From Malacoraja senta (taxonomy: Eukaryota): 20,000 nt of DNA. Position 1 is the first letter of the stretch, and each line of letters opens with the position of its first letter. The notes under the pieces are model-generated. The model was given only the letters and a program-made list of their open reading frames with translations, made no database searches and was not told the DNA's origin. The DNA is taken from NCBI GenBank assembly GCA_038087875.1, contig JAXLNO010000409.1:56032-76031 (forward strand), written 5' to 3'. Of the stretch, positions 1 to 9,400 are shown in pieces. The position numbers were made by a program, and so were the translations under genes.

Positions 1-101
1 TGACAAAGTTGGCGTTATTTTAATTTGATAACTTTTGTTTGTAATCTGCCAATATAGGCAATCTTTGATCTTGTTACTACTCTGTATTTTTGTTTGTTTT
101 G

Positions 102-131
102 AATAAAAACATTTTGTATTGTAAAAAAAAA
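102..131 (+). terminator. Polyadenylation signal AATAAA followed by an A run; probable 3' end of a plus-strand transcript or retrocopy
   Basis: AT-rich, 3'UTR-like sequence at 1-131; AATAAA at 102-107; A9 at 123-131. Confidence 0.4.
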
Positions 132-342
132 GGCTCAGACACAGAGTGAAGCTCCCTCCACACTGTCCCATCACACACTCCCAGTGCACGGACCACCATC
201 ATTCATGAGTCGAATTACTTGGGAAACTTTCTCAGCCTCTATACAGCCCTTCGCCCATCACTCCATGCTGACCCAAAACTCTGATGTTTGTGCTCTTGTG
301 CATTGGGCCAATCTCTCAGCCTAACACTGAGTGATTTTTACT

Positions 343-439
343 TCATGTGTCCAGGGTCGATCCGCCAGGTGAGGGAAGAGCATGGTGGACGGACGCACTC
401 GCTGAAGTGACGTCGCGGGAGCAGCGGGAAATGAGGCGC
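343..439 (-). CDS. SEMA7A-like: Tentative exon 13: (R)[35 protein letters not shown]
   Basis: Good acceptor ctcttctctctgcccag; phase 2 matches exon 12; an early Cys could be the last PSI Cys. No strong GT donor before TGA 345-343, only a GC-like TCA GCGAGT near 397-403. Confidence 0.5.
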
Positions 440-3400
440 CTGGGCAGAGAGAAGAGCAGGTGAGAGGGGAGGCCAGGTGACGGGAGCAGGAAGACCAGGT
501 GATGGGGGGAGAGGATATACCGGGGGAGGGGAGAGGGTAGACTAGGTGAGGGGGAGGGGAGAAGGTAGACTAGGTGAGGGGGAAGGCAGAGGGTACACTA
601 GGGAGGGGGGAGAGGGTAGACAGGTGAGGGGGACAGGGGAGGGGAGAGGGTAGACTAGGTGAGGGGGAGGGGAGGGTAGACTAGGTGAGGGGGAGGGGAG
701 AGGGTAAACCAGGGTAGGGGAGGGGAGAGGGTAGACTAGGTGAGGTGGAGGGGGAGGTAGACGGGAGAGGGTAGACCAGGTGAGGGGGAGGGGAGAGGGA
801 AGACCAGGTGAGGGGGGAGAGGGTAGTCTAGGTGAGGGGGAGGGGAGAGGGTAGACTAGGTGAGGGGGAGGGGAGAGGGTAGACCAGGTGAGGGGGAGGG
901 GAGAGGGAAGACCAGGTGAGGGGGGGAGAGGGTAGACTAGGTGAGGGGGGGAGGGGAGAGGGTAGACCAGGTGAGGGGGGAGAGGGTAGACCAGGTATGT
1001 TGGTGGATGTCGGGACTTACCTGTCGGTAGTGTTGAGTGTCTGGGGGAGGGCCACACACTTGTGTGTAGCTCTGTCCCACCCACAGTAAGGGTCTCGGGC
1101 AGCCACACACCGCGGGCAGGTGTGGCCGTATTCAGCACAGCCGGCCAGCGATAGGCGGGCGGCCCTCCACCGGCGTTGCCACAAACAGATGGCCCTGCAA
1201 GGAAGCAGAGGGTCACCGTCAGCACTCCGTGAACTCCACACGCGTGTCTTTGTGTGTCCGGGGCGTTAGTGGGAGCACGCGTTCCGAAAGATAGTCCAAG
1301 GGTCTCCAATGAGGTTGATGGGAGGTCAAGACCACTCTCTAGTTGGTGATGTTTAAGAAGGAACTGCAGAGGCTGGAAAATCGAAGGTAGACAAAAATGC
1401 TGGAGAAACTCAGCGGGTGCAGCAGCATCTATGGAGCGAGGGAAATAGGCAAGGTTTCGGCCCGAAACGTTGCCTATTTCCCTCACTCTATAGATGCTGC
1501 TGCACCCGCTGAGTTTCTCCAGCATTTTTGTCTACCTTCGAGTTGCTGATGGTTCAGTTGCCTGATAACAGTTAGGAAGAAACTGTCCCTGAATCTAGAG
1601 GGTTGTTTTTAGCGCAGAGCCTGTCTAACATAACTCATAAAGTGCTGGAACAACTCCGGGTCAGGCAGCAAGCAATAGGCAGGTGACGTTTAGATGGGAG
1701 AGTCTATGACCAGAGGGCACAGGCCCCAAAACAAAAGGACGTCCGTTTAGAAAGGAGATGAGGAGGAATTTCTCTGCTCAGAGGGTGACGAATCTGTAAA
1801 TTAATTGCCACAGATAACAGAGATTGAAGCAAGCACAGGTGATGCGCATGACTGCAAGACCACTGAGGCTGGAGGGGGGAGGCAGGCTGCCCCTACCCCC
1901 GTAACTCTCACTCACATCATCAATGGCTTGACACTCCCCCTCTCCACTCAAATCCCCCCCCCCTCAACTTCCCATTACTCCCCCTCTCCTCAATTCCATC
2001 TCCCACTAACCTCAGCTCCCCCTCCCACCCCCCCGTCTCCCCTCCACAGCACCCCCTCAGCATCTCTGCCTCAGATCCCCACCCCTCCGTTTTGCCCCCC
2101 CCCCGTTCGGCGACCCCTACGCTCCTCAGCTCCTCTCCCTGCCCCCCCCCTCCCTCTGCCCCCTCCCCCACATTCAGCTCCCACCCTCCCTCTAATCCCA
2201 CATTACCGTGCTGGAATCCAGCATGATGGTGGAAACGGGAGCTTGGGATTTGAAGGGGCTGAGCTCGGAAATGATGAAGACTTCCCGTTGTAGTGAAGAA
2301 CCTTGTGGATCTTCCCGTTTCCTGCAAGAGAGAATGCGGAATCAGGAGCCGACACTTGCCTCAGCCACTCACGGCGCACACTTGCCCCAGTCACTCAACA
2401 CCCCTCGGCTCTCTCACCCCACACCGCCCTGTCCCCACGTTCCTTCCTTCCTCCAATATCCATGAGCTGTTGATGCAATGATACAGCATGGAAAGAGACC
2501 CATCGCCCACCGAGTCCGCGACAACCATCGATCACCTGTTCACACAAGTTCTGTGTTATCCCACTTTCTCATCCACTCCTTACAAACTAGGGGGAAATTT
2601 ACAGAGGGCCAATTAACCTACAAACCTGCATGTCTGGGATGTGGGAGGAAACCGGAGTACCCGGAGGATACCCACGCAGTCACGGGGAGAACATAGAATC
2701 ATAGAAAATAGGTGCAGGAGGTGGCCATTCGGCCCTTCGTGCCAGCACCGCCATTCATTGTGATCAAGGCTGATCGTCCCCTATCAATAACCCGTGCCTG
2801 CCTTCTCCCCATATCCCTGACTCCACTAGCCCCTAGAGCTCTATCTAACTCTCTCTTATATCCATCCTGTGATTTGGCCTCCACTGCCCTCTGTGGCAGG
2901 GAATTCCATAAATTCACAACTCTCTGGGTGAAATAGTTTTTTCTCACCTCAGTCTTAAATGACCTCCCCTTTATTCTAATACTGTGGCCCCTGGTTCTGG
3001 ATTCGCCCAACATTGGGAACATTTTTTCTGCATCTAGCTTGTCCAGTCCTTTTATAATTTTATATGTTTCTATAAGATCGCCCCTCATCCTTCTAAACTC
3101 CAGTGAATACAAGCCTAGTCTTTTCAATCTTTCCTCATATGACAGTCCCGCCATCCCAGGGATCAATCTCGTGAACCTACGCTGCACTGCCTCAATCACA
3201 AGGATGTCCTTCCTCCAATTAGGAGACCAAAACTGTACACAATACTCTAGATGTGGTCTCACCAGAGCCCTATACAACTGCAGAAGAACCTCTTACTCCT
3301 ATACTGAAATCCTCTTGAAGGCCAACATTCCATTAGCTTTCTTCACTGCCTGCCACCACAGCAGGATGGGAACATGCAAACTCCACACACGCAGACAGCA

Positions 3401-6400
3401 GCCGAGGTCAGGATTGAACCTGTGACTGTGGTTCTATGAGGCAGAGGTTCTACCTGCTGCCCCACTGTGCCCCTCCCCTACATCATTTCTGTGGTAGGGA
3501 GACCAGACCTGTACACAGTACTCCAGCTGTGCTCCCTCTGAAGCCCTGTGTAACTATAGTGAAATGTTCCTACTCTTGTGTGGTTCTCGCAGGGAATCCC
3601 TGCGGTCTGCTGCCCCCACCTACATGCTAGCTTCCTGAAACCCAAGTGGATGTGAAAGTGGGCTAACATAGAACTAGTGTGAATGGGTGATCAATGGTTG
3701 GCATGGACAGTGGGCTGAAGGGCACATTTCCATACAAAATCCAGTCTCCTCTCAACCTCTGACGTTCCAGGGAAAACAATGCAAGTCTATCTATCCTCTC
3801 CCTGTAGATGGAACCCTGTAATCCAGGCAGCATTATGGTAAACCCCTCTCCACCCTCACCCTGTAACTGGAGCCCTGTAATCCAGACAGCATTGTGGTAA
3901 ACCCTCTCCAAAGCCTCCACATCCTCCCTGTAATGGGGTGACCAGAAGTGCCCGCATTACTGCAGCCTGCCCAGAGGTCTATAGAGCGGCGTTGCATCTT
4001 TGACCGTATCGTACCTGTGCCGAGGAACAGGACGTGGTAGAGTTGTTGGTTGGCCCCCCTCACTCTGTCAGCCGTCACCCTGGTGTAGTTGTTGTGTTTC
4101 ATCACATAGAGGGGGTGCCTTTTGATCGGGTAGATCGGGTCCTCGATCTCTGGGAAGTTCCTGATATTTGTCAGAACATTTCTGGGCACGTTTCCTTTGA
4201 CACACTGTGAAAGAGAAATAATTTAGCCATCGCAGTACATGTGCGTACAAACACGTGTATTGGCGTGCATGTGTGTGTGTGTGTACACGTGAGCGGTAGA
4301 GAGAAGGGGGGAGGGAGACAGATAGATGCTTCCACCGCCCGCCACTTTTGGCATCCTGGTGAAACCTCTCCCTATGCTTGCCCAGGTCAATGGCCAAGAG
4401 AGTACACCAACCTTATAAGGCTTAGGCATATCCTCAACAACTTCCACCAACCTGTACAGATGCTTTCACAGAAAGCATTTTATCAGGATGCATCGCAGCA
4501 TGGTTTGGGAACAGCTCCATCCAAGACCACAAGAAATTGCAGAGAATTGTGGACGCAGCCCAGACCATCAGACAGACTAATCTCCCTTCCATCGACTCCA
4601 TCTCCATCCAGAGAAATGTGGACGCAGCCCAGACCATCACACAGACTAACCTCCCATCTACACTTCACGCTGCCTCGGCAAGACAAGCAGCATAATCAAG
4701 GACCAGTTTCACCCCCGGCCACTCCCTCTTCTCCCCTCTCCCATCAGGCAAGAGGTACAAAAGTGTGAAACACACACCTCCAGATTCAGGGACAGTTTCT
4801 TCCCGGCTGTTATCAGGCAACTGAACCGTCTTCTCACCAACTAGAGAGTGGTCCTGACCTCCCAGCTACCTCATTGGAGACCCTCGGACTATCTTCAAAC
4901 GGACTTTACTAGACTTTATCTTGCACCAAAGGTTATTCCCTTTATCCTGTATCTGTACACTGTGGACGGCTGATTTACCACCATGTATAGTCTTTCCCAG
5001 TACCTTGGTACATGTGACAATAAGACCAGTGCACCCTTGTCCTCGAGCTCCTTGCTGAGCAAGATTGTTGCCGTAAACTAAGAGTGAGCAAGACCGTGCT
5101 GAACTGTTTACAAAACAGGACCGTACCATTCCTGGCCGATGGCTCCCGATCACGTTGGCAGTTAAACCCTTCAGCCTGGAGTTTCGGAACGCCCGCTCGA
5201 TGTCGGCTTGGGAATAGGCACAGACAGCGGTGGAATTCCTACATGGAGGAAGATCACAGAGTCAGTGCCATGACCACCTTTACTCCAGTGCCAGGTTTTT
5301 CTGTTTGTAACGGGAGGCACATCCTTCCCCTCCGCTTTGCCAGGGGCTCGTGACGGTGTGCCCCGGGATGGACATTGAAGGTGACTGCGCCTGGAGACAC
5401 CGGGGGGGGGGGGGACATCGCGCAGCCAGAAAATACAACCAAGCAGACCATACATTGGCCGGTAAATCACAAAACCTGGAGTGGAGTCTACAACATTCAA
5501 CTGCCAGCGAGTCAAGTGTGTTTCAACTAAAGACAGAGTGCTGGAGTAACTCAGCGGGTCTGGCAGCATCTGTGGAGAACATGGATAGGTGACGTTTCAC
5601 AGAGTGCTGGAGTAACTCAGCGGGTCAGGCAGCATCTGTGGAGAACATGGATAGGTGACGTTTCACAGAGTGCTGGAGTAACTCAGCAGGTCAGGCAGCA
5701 TCTGTGGAGAACATGGATAGGTGACGTTTCACAGAGTGCTGGAGTAACTCAGCGGGTCAGGCAGCATCTGTGGAGAACATGGATAGGTGACGTTTCACAG
5801 AGTGCTGGAGTAACTCAGCGGGTCAGGCAGCATCTGTGGAGAACATGGATAGGTGACGTTTCACAGAGTGCTGGAGTAACTCAGCGGGTCAGGCAGCATC
5901 TGTGGAGAACATGGATAGGTGACGTTTCACAGAGTGCTGGAGTAACTCAGCGGGTCAGGCAGCATCTGTGGAGAACATGGATAGGTGACGTTCACAGAGT
6001 GCTGGAGTAACTCAGCGGGTCAGGCAGCATCTGTGGAGAACATGGATAGGTGACGTTTCACAGAGTGCTGGAGTAACTCAGCGGGTCAGGCAGCATCTCT
6101 GGAGAACATGGATAGGTGACGTTTTTGTTTCTTCAAACAAGCACCTGCAGTTCCTTGTCTTTTGCACGGACAATGGAACAATGAAGCTTGTCCTTCCTGC
6201 AGCTTTACAGGCTCATGAATACAATCCCACCCAGATACAATGACCAATAATACAATAATCATCAGTCAAGCAGCCTGTGATGGTGCAGCGATTGGCGTGC
6301 GTGCACACAGTCCCCTGCAGCTTGCCCCTCCACTCACCACAAGCTGGAGAAGATTCCATACACCACGCTGCTCCTGGGATCGTCCTCCACGGGGAGCAGG

Positions 6401-9400
6401 AATGCATCCTCGATCTTATTGAAGAGCCGCGATTCAGCCGGGAAGCCACAGATCATTCGTGCCTTCAGGAAGGTGGAGAATGGCTCCTGAGTGGCAACCT
6501 TCAGCACTCCCTCGTCGACCTGTGGAAACCCAGTGCAGGGTCACTGGTTATGCTCAGTAACTTGGCAGTGTGGCGACGCAAGACCGTCTCCTTCCAAAAG
6601 TGAAAGAGCCAGCGTGGAAACAGGCCCTTCGGCCCACCGCGTCCATGCCGACCATCGATTACCCGCACACTAGTTATAGAGTTATACAGCGTGGAAACAG
6701 GCCCTTCGGCCCACCGAGTCCATGCCGACCATCGATTACCCACACTAGTTATGGAGTCAAACAGCATGGAAACAGGCCGTTCAGCCCACCGATCACCCAT
6801 TCACACACACGTTCCATGTTATCCCACTTTCTCATCTACTTAGATCTATTTAAATCCTGGGTCGATTTACAGAACGCCAATTGACCTACAAACCCACTTC
6901 TAGGAGTGTTGTGTTCACTTTTTGCCAACCTGCGACAGGAACGATGCCACCAACAGGGAAGATTTATGACTGGAGGGCCTGTGCTACAGGGAGTGGTTGG
7001 GCAGGCTGGGACTTTATTCCACGGGGCACAGCAGGACGAGGGGTTATTTTATAGGGATGTTGAAAGTCATGAGGGGAATGAATGGGGTAATAGATGCACA
7101 GTCTTATACCCAGAGTAGGGGAATCAAGAACCAGAAGATATAGGTTTGAAGTGAGAGGGAAAAGCTGAACCCAAGGGGCAACTTATTGAACTCAGTGGGT
7201 GGTGGGTCAATGCAACAAGCTGCCAGTGGAGGTACTGAGGCAGGTACTATAAACAACATTGAACACTTACATTATAGGAAAGGTTTAGAGGGATGAGAGC
7301 CAAACACAGGGAAATGGGACGTGCAGATGGGGCATCATGAGTGCGTTGGGCTGAAGGGCCTGTGCCTGTGCGAGGGACCTTACCTTGCACACACGTCCGA
7401 TGTAGGCCCGGTAGGGTTCTCCGTCTAACGCACTGCTCTCGTTGCTCTCCCTGAAGAAGAAGTAAACCTCATCTTTGCTGCTGTCCTTCAACTGCATCCA
7501 AGCAGCTCCCACGAAGGTCGGGTCTGAGGTACACAGATACAGGTAGCAGTCAGGCCAGGCTCTTTACACCCCAGACTTCTCTAACTTCAGTTCGCCCCGC
7601 CATTCCCTCTCCCTCTATCCCTCCCCCACCCAGGTTGCACCACCTTCTCGTTTTCACCAAACTAACAGCTTGCAAGTCTGAAGAAGGGTTTCGGCCTGAA
7701 ATGTTGCCTATTTCCTTCGCTCCATAGATGTTGCTGCACCCGCTGAGTTTCTCCAGCATTTTTGTGTACCTAACAGCTTACCGACTCCTTACCGACATCC
7801 ACTACAAACCTACCGACTCCCATGGCTATCTGGACTACACTTCTTCCCACCCTGCTTCCTGTAAGGACTCTATCCCCCACTCCCAATTCCTCCGTCTACG
7901 CCGCATCTGCTCCCAGGATGAGGCGTTCCACACCAGGGCATCTGAAATGTCCTCATTCTTCAGGGAACGGGGGTTCCCCTCCTCCACCATAGATGAGGCT
8001 CGCACCAGGGTCTCTGCCATACCCCGCAACACTGCTCTCTCTCCCCATCCCCCACTCACAACAAAGGCAGAGTCCCCCTAGTCCTCACCTTTCACCCCAC
8101 CAGCCGTCACATACAACAAGTGATCCTCCGTCAGTTTCGCCACCTCCAACGTGACCCCACCACTCGCCACATCTCCCCATCTCCCCCCATGTCTGCCTTC
8201 CGCAAAGACCGCTCCCTCCGTAACTCCCTTGTCAATTCTTCCCTTCCCTCCCATACCACCCCCTCCCCTGGTACTTTCCCTTGCAACACTTGTCCCTTCA
8301 CCTCCCCCCTCCACTCCATTCAAGGACCCAAGCAGTCGTTCCAGGTGCGACAGAGGTTCACCTGCATCTCCTCCAACCTCATCTATTGCATTCGCTGCTC
8401 TAGATGCCAGCTGATCTACATCGGTGAGACCAAGCGGAGGCTTGGCGATCGTTTCGCCGAACACCTCCGGGCGGTCCGCAATAACCAACCTGAACTCCCG
8501 GTGGCTCAGCACTTCAACTCCCCCTCCCATTCCGTATCTGACCTCTCTGTCCTGGGTCTCCTCCATGGCCACAGCGAGCAACACCGTAAATTGGAGGAAA
8601 TACACCTCATATTCCGCTTGGGCAGTCTACATCCTGGTGGCCTGAACATTGAATTCTCCCAATTCTGCTAGCCCTTGCTGTCCCCTCCCCTTCATCAGCC
8701 ATCTGGTTGTCTCCTCCCCTCCCCCAGTCCTCGGGCTCCTCCTCCGCCTTTTTCCTTTTTTCCTTTCTGCTCCCCCACCCCCTATCAGTCTGAAGAAGGG
8801 TTTCGGCCCGAAACTTTACCTATTTCCTTCGCTCCATAGATGCTGCTGCACCCGCTGAGTTTCTCCAGCATTTTTGTGTACCTTCGATTTTCCAGCATCT
8901 GCAGTTCCTTCTTTAACAGCTTACAATGGTCTGTTTCCTTTATCACCGTTACTTTTTTGCAATTCATTCATTCATTGTTCTTTATCTCTCTACATCTCTC
9001 ATTGTCTATATCTCTCGTTTCCCTTATCCCTAACCAGTCTGAAGTAGGGTCTTGACCCAAAACATCACCCGTTCTTTCTCTCCAGAGATGCTGCCTGTCC
9101 CACTGAGTTACTCCAGCTTTTTGTGTCTATCTGAGGCCAGACTCTGAGTCCGGCTCATTACACATCAACATGACTGAACATGAAAATGCTGCAGGTGCTG
9201 GCTGACAAAAAGTGCCGGAATAACCCAGTGGGTCGGGCAGCAACTCTGGAGAAAATGGACACAAAATTGGTGGAGTAATTTAGCAGGTCAGGCAGTATCT
9301 CTGGGGAACATGGATAGGTGACGTTTCACAGAGTGCTGGAGTCACTAAGTGGGTCAGGCAGCATCTCTGGGGAACATGGATAGGTGACGTTTCACAGAGT

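Noticed and set aside
542..1525. 327-aa Pro-rich ORF
   Set aside because: Runs through a Penelope palindrome, exon 12 mostly out of frame, and a minisatellite.
3400..3471. tRNA-like A/B boxes (also near 10280 and 18840)
   Set aside because: They are SINE heads attached to the V-domain core, not full tRNA cloverleaves.
5533..6124. CRISPR-like regular array
   Set aside because: Units are contiguous and near-identical with no unique spacers; no cas genes; eukaryotic intron.
8120..8671. GIY-YIG ORF as a stand-alone host or homing endonuclease gene
   Set aside because: Continuous across one frameshift with a Penelope RT C-terminus and bounded by a target duplication; a truncated retroelement.
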